DNA of 64,000 nucleotides from Gammaproteobacteria bacterium. Its GTDB lineage: Bacteria > Pseudomonadota > Gammaproteobacteria > Natronospirales > REEB76. The DNA lies in assembly GCA_036000105.1 (NCBI GenBank), contig DASYGE010000011.1:9504-73503 (forward strand). The letters are read 5' to 3'. A program made the translations under genes and the position numbers. Positions 19,468 to 28,822 of this stretch are shown piece by piece. The notes beneath the pieces are model-generated. The model was not told the origin of the DNA. It was given only the letters and a program-made list of their open reading frames with translations, and did no database searches. Numbering within the stretch: position 1 is the stretch's first letter; each line of letters starts with the position of its first letter.

Positions 19468-20856
19468 TTAGCCCGGCAGGAGCTTGCCGGGATTCAGTAT
19501 CCCGTTGGGATCGAATTCATGCTTGATGCGGCGCATCAGATCGAGGGTCGCTGCATCGAACTCCAGAGCCATGAACGGCCGCTTCTCCAAGCCAACGCCG
19601 TGCTCGCCTGAGAGCGTGCCCTGCATGTCCAGCACGGTCTTGAAGACTTCTTTCAGGCAAGGTTCGGCGTTCTTCATCTGGACCGCATTGTCCGGGTCCA
19701 CTAGCAGGTTCACGTGGATGTTGCCGTTGCCCGCATGGCCGAAGTTCACGATCTGGATGCCGTATTGCCTCGAGAGCTCTTCCAGGCGGGCGATGAAGTC
19801 TGCCATGCGCGAGACCGGCACCACCACGTCTTCGTTGATCTTCTTGGGAGCGATCTTGCGTAAGGCAGGTGAGAGCGCCTTGCGCGAGGTCCAGAGGGCC
19901 GCGGCTTCCTGGGCATCCCGGGCGGCACGGAACTCGATGCAGTCGGCACCCTGAGCCGCTTTATCGATGGCTGCCGCTGCTTCGTCAAGCTGTGATTCAG
20001 CGCCGTCCACTTCGATGAGCAGGAGCGCACCGGCATCTGCCGGCAGATCGTTGCCCGCGTAACCGCGGATCATGCCGATGGAAGTCCGGTCTATGAACTC
20101 CAGCACGCAGGGGGTGACGGGCTGGGCCATGATGCGCGACACCGCCGCCGCCGCGCCGGTCATATCGGCATACACCGCACGCAGGGTACGCACCCCAGCG
20201 GGTTTGGGCGTGAGTTTCAGGGTCGCTTCGGTGATGACCGCGAGGGTGCCTTCGGAGCCGATGATGAGCCGGGTGAAGTCATAGCCCATGGCACCCTTGG
20301 TGGTATAGACGCCGGCGGTGAGTTCCTGGCCCGAGCCGAGGACGGCGCGCAGACCCAGCACGTTATCCCGGGTGGTACCGTACTTCACCGCATGGGGACC
20401 GCCGGCGCCGCAAGCCAGGTTGCCGCCCACGGTGGAGTAGCCCGCGGAGGTGGGATCCGGCGGCCAGAAGAAACCTTTCGCCGCCGCGGCTTCCTGTACC
20501 GCGCTGTTGGTGATGCCGCTCTCCACCACCAGGGCACGATTGGCTGCATCCAGCTTGATGACGCGGTTCATGCGCTCGAGGGCCAGCACGAGCCCGCCTT
20601 GCACCGGTACGGCAGAACCGGTAGTGCTGCTGCCGAGTCCCCGGGCCGTGAGCGGGACCTTGAACTCGTTGCAGAGGCGCACGCTGTCACGCACTTCATC
20701 GTGGGAAGCAGGGAAAGCCACGGCGTCCGGCTGTGCCTGACGACGGCTGTTGTCATAGCTGTAGGGCCAGCGGTCGGCGGGGTCGGTGTAGAGGTCCTCG
20801 GCGCCGACGATGGCTGTGAGCCGCGTCAGGAACTGCGGTGGCAGTGTGCCTGCCAC
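19468..20856 (-). CDS. FAD-linked oxidase (glycolate oxidase GlcD / D-lactate dehydrogenase family)
   Basis: 462 aa. It has an N-terminal FAD_binding_4-type region ('PLTARGLGSSTTGSAVP') and a C-terminal FAD-oxidase_C ('GTLSGEHGVGLEK'). It starts 4 nt after the diaA stop. Confidence 0.85.
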   Translation of the reverse strand: MAGTLPPQFLTRLTAIVGAEDLYTDPADRWPYSYDNSRRQAQPDAVAFPASHDEVRDSVRLCNEFKVPLTARGLGSSTTGSAVPVQGGLVLALERMNRVIKLDAANRALVVESGITNSAVQEAAAAKGFFWPPDPTSAGYSTVGGNLACGAGGPHAVKYGTTRDNVLGLRAVLGSGQELTAGVYTTKGAMGYDFTRLIIGSEGTLAVITEATLKLTPKPAGVRTLRAVYADMTGAAAAVSRIMAQPVTPCVLEFIDRTSIGMIRGYAGNDLPADAGALLLIEVDGAESQLDEAAAAIDKAAQGADCIEFRAARDAQEAAALWTSRKALSPALRKIAPKKINEDVVVPVSRMADFIARLEELSRQYGIQIVNFGHAGNGNIHVNLLVDPDNAVQMKNAEPCLKEVFKTVLDMQGTLSGEHGVGLEKRPFMALEFDAATLDLMRRIKHEFDPNGILNPGKLLPG

Positions 20857-20860
20857 GGAG

Positions 20861-21469
<609 letters not shown>

Positions 21470-21841
21470 TCAGCCTGGCTGGAAGGCGTCTTGTATCCAT
21501 TCTACCGCGAGAGCCTCGCCCTCTCCGGTTACCGCCGCCACGTCGAAGCGCAGGGGCTTGCGGCGCAGGTCAGCATGGCTGCGCAAGAAATGCTCGGTGG
21601 CGCGGGTGAGTTTGCGGCGTTTCTCCGGGCCCACGGTCTCGGCGGCGCTGCCGCGGCTCTCGTCGCGCCGGTAACGCACTTCCACCACCACGAGGCTCCC
21701 CTGGTCCAGCAGCACCAGATCCAGCTCCCCCAATGGACAGCTGTAGTTGCGCGCCAGGAGCTTCAGGCCGCGGGCTTCCAGGGTCTTGAGCGCCAGCTCC
21801 TCAGCCCGCTGGCCGGACTCGAGGTGCGGTGCCAGGCTCAC
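21470..21841 (-). CDS. yraN: YraN family protein (UPF0102, endonuclease-like fold)
   Basis: About 123 aa from a GTG that forms a GTGA overlap with the lpoA stop. It has 'GELDLV...VVVEVR...' and a C-terminal 'RFDV' pattern. The ORF track extends to 21943. Confidence 0.8.
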   Translation of the reverse strand: MSLAPHLESGQRAEELALKTLEARGLKLLARNYSCPLGELDLVLLDQGSLVVVEVRYRRDESRGSAAETVGPEKRRKLTRATEHFLRSHADLRRKPLRFDVAAVTGEGEALAVEWIQDAFQPG

Positions 21842-23784
21842 GGACTGGGAGCGGGGGTGACAGTCGCAGGCGTGGTCGCTGGCGGGGCCGGCAGGGTGAG
21901 AGGCGGAAGCAGGTTGGCGCTGCCGTCGTCGAAGCTCGCCCAATCGAGGTTGCGGTGTACGCGCCGGCCGTCATCGAGGCTCAACAGCCCGGTGACACCC
22001 TGCACCGGTTCGCCGATGGTATGAGTGTTATAGAGCAGCGGCAGAAGGCGGTAGGCATCGAACCCCAGGGCATAGAGACGGCTGTTGACGGCGAAGTTGC
22101 CCGGCCAGTCCTTCTCCACCTCGCCGCGCATGTCGGCCATGGAACCGGATTCCACCAGGGTCCAGGGCATGTCGCCGAAGGTGATGCCGTTCAGCACCGT
22201 GTTGTCCACGTTGCTGTTGAGTTCATACACCCGCGAGGTGGAGAACACCGGCACATCGTCGGCATGGTAGTAGCTGATCAGTGGCTGGATCTGGCGGGCG
22301 TCTTCGGCGCTGCCCGCGAGGAAGATGAACTGCACGTCCTGACGGCGGCGTGGCTCGAACTCGAGATGGCTATTCAAAGTCGCGGCCAGGTGCTCTTCCC
22401 GGTCCTGGCTCGCATCCAGGTTGAGCAGGCGGTTGATGGTGTCGGCGTCGTTGTCTCCGCCCGGGGCATAGTTGCCGGTGGCGAGCAGGTCGCCGCCCAA
22501 TTGAGCGAAGCGCGCCGAGAAGGCATTCAGCATGCGTCTGCCGAAATCATCGTTGGAGACGAGCGCCATACCGCGGGTGTAGCCCTCGGCCACGGCACGC
22601 TCCGCCGCCTGTTCCGCTTCGCCCTCCGGCAGGAGACCGAACTGATAGAAACCCATGGGTCCGGATTTGCCGGCATCCAGGTAGTTGAGCGCCAACACTG
22701 GCACCGGCAATGAGGGGAGCGCCGCGAGGCCGGCCACCGCATCCTTGGTGAGAGGGCCGATCACCATGTTGGCGCCGTCGCTCACCGCTTTCTGATAAGC
22801 GGCCTGGGCACTGGCCGCGTCGGTACCGGAATCGTAATAGCTGAGTGCGGGAGCCTCGCCGTTACCCGCCAGCTGGAAATAAGCAGCGAGCAAACCATCG
22901 CGCACCGCATCGGCCGGCGCCTGGAAGTTGCCGTTCAATGGCAGCATCACCGCGACCCGGGGTGGGAAGGCGGTGAGCGCCTGCTGCTTGGCGAGGAGCT
23001 CCGGTACCAGTTGCTGCATGGCGGGATGCTGGGGATAACTGTTCTCCCAATCCTTGATGGCCTGGATGAACTTCTCCGGCTGCTGCCAGCTGGTGTGGGC
23101 GATGTTCGCCAACTCCAGCCAACCGCGGGCCGTGGGCGAGAGGCTTGCGGGCAGCTTGGTGACATCCAGTGCCGTGTGGGTCGCGGTGAGGGTCTGCCAG
23201 ATGAGCTGTTCATTGGCGGCCGCATCCTTGCCGTTGGGCGGGAGATAGGTCTCGCGTTCGCTCCAGTCCTCCACCGCCGAAGGCAGATCGTCCATGGCCA
23301 CGTGGATGCGCCCGCGCACCAGGAGTGTGGCGGCCTTGATCTCATCCGGCAGGGCTTCCAGCGGGAAGCGCAGATGGCTCAAGGCCACCTGGGGCTGGTG
23401 GCCCGCTAAGTCCAGTTCTGCTTTGAGTATCTCGATGCGTGCCTGCAGAGCGGGGTACAGGGTCTTGGGGTTCTTGATCTGCCCAAGGAGCGTCCAGCTG
23501 CGCTGGCCGTTGCCGTTGCCGACGCCGGACCAGGCTTCCGACGCGCTCACCAGGAACTCCGTCTGCTGGATGCCCTGGGCGCCGGCCGCGAGGCCTTCAT
23601 AGAGTTTGGCGGCGTCCGCATATTTGCCCTGCTGCATTAGCTCTTGCGCCTGGGCTTCGCGGGTGGCCGGCGGCTGCTTTGACGGCGCGACGGAGCAGGC
23701 GGCCAGTAGCGCGAGCATGAGCGCGGTGAGCAGTCGGGTGATGCGGTGGAAGTACGGCGTGCCTTGCATGGATGCGGGCTTCAT
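21838..23784 (-). CDS. lpoA: Penicillin-binding protein activator LpoA
   Basis: 648 aa. It has the lipobox 'LLAACS', an N-terminal TPR-like region and a C-terminal periplasmic-binding-protein fold. It is divergent from rsmI as in E. coli and Pseudomonas. Confidence 0.88.
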   Translation of the reverse strand: MKPASMQGTPYFHRITRLLTALMLALLAACSVAPSKQPPATREAQAQELMQQGKYADAAKLYEGLAAGAQGIQQTEFLVSASEAWSGVGNGNGQRSWTLLGQIKNPKTLYPALQARIEILKAELDLAGHQPQVALSHLRFPLEALPDEIKAATLLVRGRIHVAMDDLPSAVEDWSERETYLPPNGKDAAANEQLIWQTLTATHTALDVTKLPASLSPTARGWLELANIAHTSWQQPEKFIQAIKDWENSYPQHPAMQQLVPELLAKQQALTAFPPRVAVMLPLNGNFQAPADAVRDGLLAAYFQLAGNGEAPALSYYDSGTDAASAQAAYQKAVSDGANMVIGPLTKDAVAGLAALPSLPVPVLALNYLDAGKSGPMGFYQFGLLPEGEAEQAAERAVAEGYTRGMALVSNDDFGRRMLNAFSARFAQLGGDLLATGNYAPGGDNDADTINRLLNLDASQDREEHLAATLNSHLEFEPRRRQDVQFIFLAGSAEDARQIQPLISYYHADDVPVFSTSRVYELNSNVDNTVLNGITFGDMPWTLVESGSMADMRGEVEKDWPGNFAVNSRLYALGFDAYRLLPLLYNTHTIGEPVQGVTGLLSLDDGRRVHRNLDWASFDDGSANLLPPLTLPAPPATTPATVTPAPSP

Positions 23785-23853
23785 TGCAGGATGGGCGCGA
23801 ACCCCAATGATACCCGTTCCGGCCGGGAGCCGGCATCGGGCTTAGGAGTCTTC

Positions 23854-24705
23854 GTGGCCGAGCGTCCGGGCGTGCTCTACGTGGTGGCCACCCCCATAGG
23901 CAACCTGGATGACCTCACGCCCCGTGCCCGCCAGATATTGTCCGATGTGGATGTGGTGGCTGCCGAGGACACGCGCCACAGCGGCGCGTTGCTCAGTCAT
24001 TTCGGCATCCATACCCAGCTCATCTCCCTGCATGAACATAATGAGGCGGCGCGCGCCGCCTGGCTGCTGGAAAGGCTCAAGGCCGGCGAGGACGTGGCGC
24101 TCATTTCCGACGCTGGCACGCCACTCATCAGCGATCCCGGTTTCGATCTGGTACGCGCCGCGCGCCAGGCCGGCATCAGCGTGAGCCCCATACCCGGCGC
24201 CTGCGCCTTGGTGGCGGCCTTGAGCGTGAGCGGCTTGCCCACCGACCGCTTCGTGTTCGAGGGCTTCCTGCCGTCAAAATCAGTTGCCCGTCGCGAGCGA
24301 CTCACGGCGCTCGCCGCCGAGACCCGCACTCTGGTGTTCTACGAATCCGTGCACCGCCTGCAAGACTCCCTGCAAGATATGGCTGAGGTGTTCGGGGCCG
24401 AGCGCGTGGGCGTGGTAGCCCGGGAACTCACCAAGCTGCACGAAGGCGTGCGGGAAGCACCCCTCGCTGCTCTGGCTGACTGGGCCTCGAAGGACCCGAT
24501 GGCCGCCAAGGGTGAGGTGGTGATCCTGCTGGCTGGGGCCCTCGCCAGGGAAGGGGAGGCCGTAGATGGCGAGGCGGAGCGGGTGCTGAAAGCTTTGCTA
24601 GCGGAATTACCGGTGAAACAGGCCGCGACCCTGGCGGCCGAAATCACCGGTCTCAAGAAGAACTCGCTCTACAACCTGGCGCTGACTCTCACGGGAAAGA
24701 AATAG
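23854..24705 (+). CDS. rsmI: 16S rRNA (cytidine1402-2'-O)-methyltransferase RsmI
   Basis: It has the 'LYVVATPIGNLDDLT' tetrapyrrole-methylase-type N-terminus. The start is taken at the in-frame GTG at 23854 to leave a divergent promoter region with lpoA. The ORF track begins at 23746 and the ATG at 23791 is an alternative. Confidence 0.88.
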   Translation: MAERPGVLYVVATPIGNLDDLTPRARQILSDVDVVAAEDTRHSGALLSHFGIHTQLISLHEHNEAARAAWLLERLKAGEDVALISDAGTPLISDPGFDLVRAARQAGISVSPIPGACALVAALSVSGLPTDRFVFEGFLPSKSVARRERLTALAAETRTLVFYESVHRLQDSLQDMAEVFGAERVGVVARELTKLHEGVREAPLAALADWASKDPMAAKGEVVILLAGALAREGEAVDGEAERVLKALLAELPVKQAATLAAEITGLKKNSLYNLALTLTGKK

Positions 24706-24739
24706 GCGGCCTTCCTAAGGGCCTCCGGTCCCCCAGCCT

Positions 24740-24745
24740 TATAAT
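24740..24745 (+). promoter_or_regulatory. Candidate -10 hexamer (TATAAT) of the rnpB promoter
   Basis: A perfect TATAAT ends 6 nt before the predicted 5' end of the P1 helix (24752). No convincing -35 was seen. Confidence 0.4.
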
Positions 24746-24751
24746 GGCTTT

Positions 24752-25107
24752 GGAGTCGGCCGGGCAGCCGCAGTGCGCAAGCGCTGAGGAAAGTCCGGGC
24801 TCCACAGGACAGGGTGCCAGGTAACGCCTGGGGGGCGCGAGCCCATGGAAAGTGCCACAGAAAACATACCGCCTAAGCGCGCAAGCGCCGGTAAGGGTGA
24901 AAAGGTGCGGTAAGAGCGCACCGCGCGGCGGGTAACCGTCCGCGGCACGGAAAACCCCACCCGGAGCAAGGCCAAATAGGGGAGCGCGCGGGGCAACCCG
25001 CAGGTGTGGTCCGCACCGTTCCCGGGTAGGCCGCTAGAGGTGCGTGGTGACGCGCATCCCAGAGGAATGGTTGTCCACGACAGAACCCGGCTTACAGGCC
25101 GACTCCT
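24752..25107 (+). ncRNA. rnpB: RNase P RNA, bacterial type A
   Basis: It has conserved blocks GAGGAAAGTCCGGGCTCC, AGGGTGCCAGGTAACGCCTGGG, GGAAAGTGCCACAGAAA, GGTAAGGGTGAAA.GGTGCGGTAAGAGCGCACC, CCCGGAGCAAGGCCAAATAGGGG and CCACGACAGAACCCGGCTTA. P1 pairs GGAGTCGGCC (24752-) with GGCCGACTCC (-25105). It lies between rsmI and mraZ as in Pseudomonas. Confidence 0.93.
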
Positions 25108-25137
25108 TCTTTTCTGATCTCTGACCCCCGGTCATCC

Positions 25138-25165
25138 CGCCAGCCTTCAGGCTGGCGATTCTTTG
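25138..25165 (+). terminator. Candidate intrinsic terminator after rnpB
   Basis: CGCCAGCC (25138-25145), a TTCA loop, then GGCTGGCG (25150-25157), followed by ATTCTTTG. Confidence 0.5.
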
Positions 25166-25210
25166 CTCACTCCCGCCTGCAGAGCCTATCTCGAAGGGCC
25201 AAAAAGCCTG

Positions 25211-25236
25211 AAATCGGCAAAATATGCCGATTTTCC
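25211..25236 (+). terminator. Second hairpin with T-tract between rnpB and the mraZ promoter
   Basis: AAATCGGCA (25211-25219), a 5-nt loop, then TGCCGATTT (25225-25233). The T-run continues, and it is flanked upstream by an A-run, so it is potentially bidirectional. Confidence 0.45.
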
Positions 25237-25368
25237 TCGTTTTCCAGTTAATGCGACGCATAAGATGCTTCTTGTAACCATATGATTTTTAAACACTTAG
25301 TTAGAGTATTTTTGAACAAAATCGCAGCTAAGTCCCTGTCCCACAAGCAAATTTCCCAAATTTTGTAC

Positions 25369-25397
25369 TTGACGTGCCTTAAAGCGCTTCCTATAGT
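25369..25397 (+). promoter_or_regulatory. Sigma-70 promoter of the dcw cluster (Pmra)
   Basis: TTGACG (25369-25374), a 17-nt spacer, then TATAGT (25392-25397). It lies 57 nt upstream of the mraZ ATG in an AT-rich leader. Confidence 0.65.
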
Positions 25398-25398
25398 G

Positions 25399-25439
25399 TG
25401 GGAGGTGGGAAAAAGTGGAATGAAATGGGACAGACGGGA
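25399..25439 (+). promoter_or_regulatory. Putative MraZ operator: phased TGGGA direct repeats
   Basis: TGGGA (25406), TGGAA (25416) and TGGGA (25426) are separated by exactly 5-nt spacers (10-bp phase). Flanking copies are TGGGA (25399) and CGGGA (25435). This matches the TGGGN-N5 triple-repeat architecture described for the E. coli MraZ operator. Confidence 0.6.
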
Positions 25440-25453
25440 GGCTGCAGCAGCGC

Positions 25454-25909
25454 ATGTTTCGTGGCATCAGCAATCTGACCCTGGATGCGAAGGGGCGTCT
25501 GGCCGTGCCTGCGCGCTATCGCGAGCGCATCGCCGAAGCCTGCCGCGGCCAGCTCGTGGTCACCATCGACCGGGACCACTGCCTGCTCATCTATCCCATG
25601 CCTGAATGGGAGGCTCTGGAGGAGCGCCTAGTGCGCCTGCCCAGCCTCAACAAAGAATCACGTGAATTGCAGCGTCTATTGCTCGGCCATGCCACCGAAG
25701 TGGAGCTGGACAGCCACGCGCGTCTGTTGCTGCCACCGGAATTGCGCAGCTTCGCGGGCCTGGAGCGCGACGTGGTGCTGCTCGGCCTCGGTCGCAAGTT
25801 CGAGCTGTGGCAGCAGGCGAATTGGGATGCGCGTCGCGAGGCCAGTCTCGCGGGCGATGCGGACAGATCGGGCGGCTTGCCGGATGAACTCGCCAGGCTG
25901 GTGCTTTGA
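25454..25909 (+). CDS. mraZ: Transcriptional regulator MraZ
   Basis: 151 aa. It has duplicated SpoVT/AbrB-like halves with 'DAKGRLAVP' and 'DSHARLLLP'. It is the first gene of the dcw cluster. Confidence 0.96.
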   Translation: MFRGISNLTLDAKGRLAVPARYRERIAEACRGQLVVTIDRDHCLLIYPMPEWEALEERLVRLPSLNKESRELQRLLLGHATEVELDSHARLLLPPELRSFAGLERDVVLLGLGRKFELWQQANWDARREASLAGDADRSGGLPDELARLVL

Positions 25910-26835
25910 ACGCCGCCCACCGGCCGGTAATGCTGAAGGAGGCGGTGGATGCGCTGGCGGTACAAGCCGACGGCATCTATATGGACGGGACCTTCGGCCG
26001 CGGCGGCCATAGCCGGGAGATCCTGGCGCGGCTCGGGCCCAAGGGCAGGCTCTTGGCCCTGGATCGGGATCCGGAAGCCCACGCGTCAGCGGAGACGCTG
26101 GCGGCGACCGATTCGAGGGTGACGGTGTACCGCGCGGCGTTCTCCATGCTGGAGCGCATCGCGACGCAAGCGGGAGTGAGCGGTCGGGTGAACGGTGTGT
26201 TGTTGGATATCGGTGTCTCGTCGGCGCAGTTGGACGATGCGCGCCGCGGCTTCAGTTTCACTCAGAACGGCCCCCTGGACATGCGCATGGATCCTACGAG
26301 CGGTGAGAGTGTCGCCGAGTGGCTGATGCGCGCGCCGGAAGCGGACATCGCGGACGTGATCCACGAATACGGCGAGGAGCGGCATGCGCGACGCATCGCC
26401 CGCGCCATCACCACCGCGCGCACCACCACGCCCCTCACGGATACGCTGCAGCTCGCCGAGATCGTGAGCCGCGCGGTGCCGCGCCACGAGCGGCACAAGC
26501 ATCCCGCCACGCGCACTTTCCAGGCGATACGCATCTTCATCAACCAGGAGCTTGCGGAACTCGCTGCCTGCCTGGAGCAGTGCCTCAAGGTGCTGGCGCC
26601 GGCCGGCCGGCTCGCGGTCATCAGTTTCCATTCCCTCGAAGATCGCATGGTGAAGCGTTTCATCCGCGACCATGCGCGCCTGCCGGAGCCGGACCCGAAG
26701 GCACCGTGGCTGGAACCCACGACCAAGCCCGTGCTGCGCGGTGTCGGCAAGGCGGTGTATGCCAGCGATGTGGAGGTGGCGGAGAACCCGCGGGCCCGCA
26801 GCGCAGTGCTCAGGGTGGCGGAGAGACTGCCATGA
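25906..26835 (+). CDS. rsmH: 16S rRNA (cytosine1402-N4)-methyltransferase RsmH (MraW)
   Basis: 309 aa with 'HRPVMLKE...DGTFGRGGHS'. It overlaps the mraZ stop by 4 nt. Confidence 0.96.
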   Translation: MNAAHRPVMLKEAVDALAVQADGIYMDGTFGRGGHSREILARLGPKGRLLALDRDPEAHASAETLAATDSRVTVYRAAFSMLERIATQAGVSGRVNGVLLDIGVSSAQLDDARRGFSFTQNGPLDMRMDPTSGESVAEWLMRAPEADIADVIHEYGEERHARRIARAITTARTTTPLTDTLQLAEIVSRAVPRHERHKHPATRTFQAIRIFINQELAELAACLEQCLKVLAPAGRLAVISFHSLEDRMVKRFIRDHARLPEPDPKAPWLEPTTKPVLRGVGKAVYASDVEVAENPRARSAVLRVAERLP

Positions 26836-27101
26836 ACTTGAGCCGCGCAGTGGTGGCTTTGCTCGCGGTGGCGGTGTTCCTCTCGGCGCTGGCGCTCATC
26901 GATGCGCGCCATCAGAACCGCATCCTGTTCGAAGAGACCCAGCAGCTGCGCGAGCAGCGCGACCAGCTGAACATCGAGTGGGGGCGCTTGTTGCTGGAGC
27001 AGAGCACCTGGTCCACCCACGCTTATATAGAGCAGTCGGCTACCCAGAAGCTCGGCATGCACACGCCCGTCAATCCCGAGATCCTGGTGGTGCAGCCGTG
27101 A
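26832..27101 (+). CDS. ftsL: Cell division protein FtsL
   Basis: 89 aa. It has a single TM ('VVALLAVAVFLSALALI') plus a coiled coil. ATGA overlaps rsmH and GTGA overlaps ftsI. In the ORF track it is embedded in the longer frame 26319..27101. Confidence 0.88.
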   Translation: MNLSRAVVALLAVAVFLSALALIDARHQNRILFEETQQLREQRDQLNIEWGRLLLEQSTWSTHAYIEQSATQKLGMHTPVNPEILVVQP

Positions 27102-28822
27102 GCCGCGTCATGCCGCAATCTTTTCCCGCGGCGGGCTGGCGCAGCCTGGTGGTGCTGGCGTTCTTCTGTCTCGTGGCCGCGTCGCTCGTGGGCCGCGCCG
27201 TCTATCTGCAGGTGGTGGACCAGGGCTTCCTGGTGGGGCAGGGGGAAGAGCGACATCTTCGGGTGATGGAGATCCCCGCCCACCGCGGCATGATCCTGGA
27301 TCGCAACGGCGAACCTCTGGCGGTGAGTACACCGGTGGATTCCGTGTGGATGAATCCCCAGGAGCTTTCCGCGGGGCTGGGGCGTCTGCCAGAACTGGCA
27401 CGGGCGCTCAACATGCCGGGCAACGCGCTCTCGAAACTCGTACGCGATAACCACGATAAAGAATTCGTGTATCTGGCTCGGGGCCTCGACCCGTATGACG
27501 CAGAACGGGTGACGGCCCTCGGCATCCCCGGCATCTATACCCAGCGGGAATACCGCCGCTATTACCCGGCAGGCGAAGTCACGGCCCACGTGCTCGGTTT
27601 CACCAATGTGGACGATGCGGGCCAGGAAGGCCTGGAACTGGGCTACAACGACTGGCTGAAGGGCGTGCCCGGCGCCGAGCGGGTCATCGTGGATCGCTAC
27701 GGCCGCTCAGTGCAGGACGTGGAGAGCCTGCGTACGCCGCGCCCCGGCCGCGACATGATCTCCAGCATCGACCTGCGTATCCAATATCTCGCCTACCGCG
27801 CCCTTAAGCAGGCGGTGCTGACCCAGGGCGCGCGCTCCGGCTCCATCGTGGTGATGGATTGCCGTACCGGTGAGGTGCTGGCAATGGCAGACCAGCCCTC
27901 CTTCAATCCCAACAACCGCGGTGACTTTGACAGCGACGATTACCGCAACCGTGCGGTCACCGACATGTTCGAACCCGGCTCCAGCATGAAGCCCTTCACC
28001 ATGGTGGCGGCGCTGTTGTCCGGCAAGTACCAGCCCAATTCAGTGGTCGATACCTCGCCCGGTACCTTGAAGCTGGCGCGTTACACCATCCATGACGAGC
28101 ATGATTACGGCCGCATCGACCTCACCACCATCATCGAGAAGTCGAGCAACGTGGGCGCCAGCAAGATAGCCTTGTCCCTCGATCCGCAACTCATGTGGCA
28201 TACCCTCTCGGCCTTCGGTTTCGGGCGCAATACCGGCAGCGGTTACCCCGGTGAGAGCGGCGGCGACCTGCCGGATTACCGCAGTTGGAACCCGGCGCGT
28301 CAGGCCACCATCTCCTACGGTTACGGCATCGCCATCACGGCCCTGCAGCTGGCCGATGCCTACGACACCCTGGCTTATGGCGGCTTGCATCAGCCACCGA
28401 GCTTCCTGCGCTTGGATACCGTGCCCCAGCCCCAGCCCATCGTACCGCCCGGTGTGGCAAGCGATCTGCGCAGCATGCTGGAGACGGTGGTCTCCCAGGA
28501 AGGCACCGGCAAACTCGCGGACGTGGTCGGTTACCACGTGGCCGGCAAGACCGGCACCGCCCACATCGCCATGAACGGCGGTTATTCCAAGGACAAGTAC
28601 ATCTCGGTGTTCGCCGGCATGGTGCCGGCCAGCGATCCGCGGCTCGTAGCGGTGGTGGTGATCAACCAGCCTACCCATGGTCAGTACATGGGTGGCCTGG
28701 TGTCGGCGCCGGTGTTCGCAGAGGTCATGCGCGATGCGTTGCGCCTGCTCAACATCACGCCTGACGATCTCTCGAGCCTGCCGGCCACCGCTTATCTGCT
28801 GAAACCGGGGCACGCTTCATGA
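27098..28822 (+). CDS. ftsI: Peptidoglycan D,D-transpeptidase FtsI (PBP3)
   Basis: About 574 aa from the GTG at 27098 (alternative ATG at 27110). It has an N-terminal TM, SxxK 'SSMK', 'SSN' and 'KTGT' motifs. Confidence 0.94.
   Translation: MSRVMPQSFPAAGWRSLVVLAFFCLVAASLVGRAVYLQVVDQGFLVGQGEERHLRVMEIPAHRGMILDRNGEPLAVSTPVDSVWMNPQELSAGLGRLPELARALNMPGNALSKLVRDNHDKEFVYLARGLDPYDAERVTALGIPGIYTQREYRRYYPAGEVTAHVLGFTNVDDAGQEGLELGYNDWLKGVPGAERVIVDRYGRSVQDVESLRTPRPGRDMISSIDLRIQYLAYRALKQAVLTQGARSGSIVVMDCRTGEVLAMADQPSFNPNNRGDFDSDDYRNRAVTDMFEPGSSMKPFTMVAALLSGKYQPNSVVDTSPGTLKLARYTIHDEHDYGRIDLTTIIEKSSNVGASKIALSLDPQLMWHTLSAFGFGRNTGSGYPGESGGDLPDYRSWNPARQATISYGYGIAITALQLADAYDTLAYGGLHQPPSFLRLDTVPQPQPIVPPGVASDLRSMLETVVSQEGTGKLADVVGYHVAGKTGTAHIAMNGGYSKDKYISVFAGMVPASDPRLVAVVVINQPTHGQYMGGLVSAPVFAEVMRDALRLLNITPDDLSSLPATAYLLKPGHAS

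Noticed and set aside
25282-25605. A 107-aa ORF spanning the mraZ leader and the 5' part of mraZ.
   Set aside because: It is out of frame with the well-supported mraZ. It starts in an AT-rich promoter region that contains the Pmra and MraZ boxes, and it has no coding signature.
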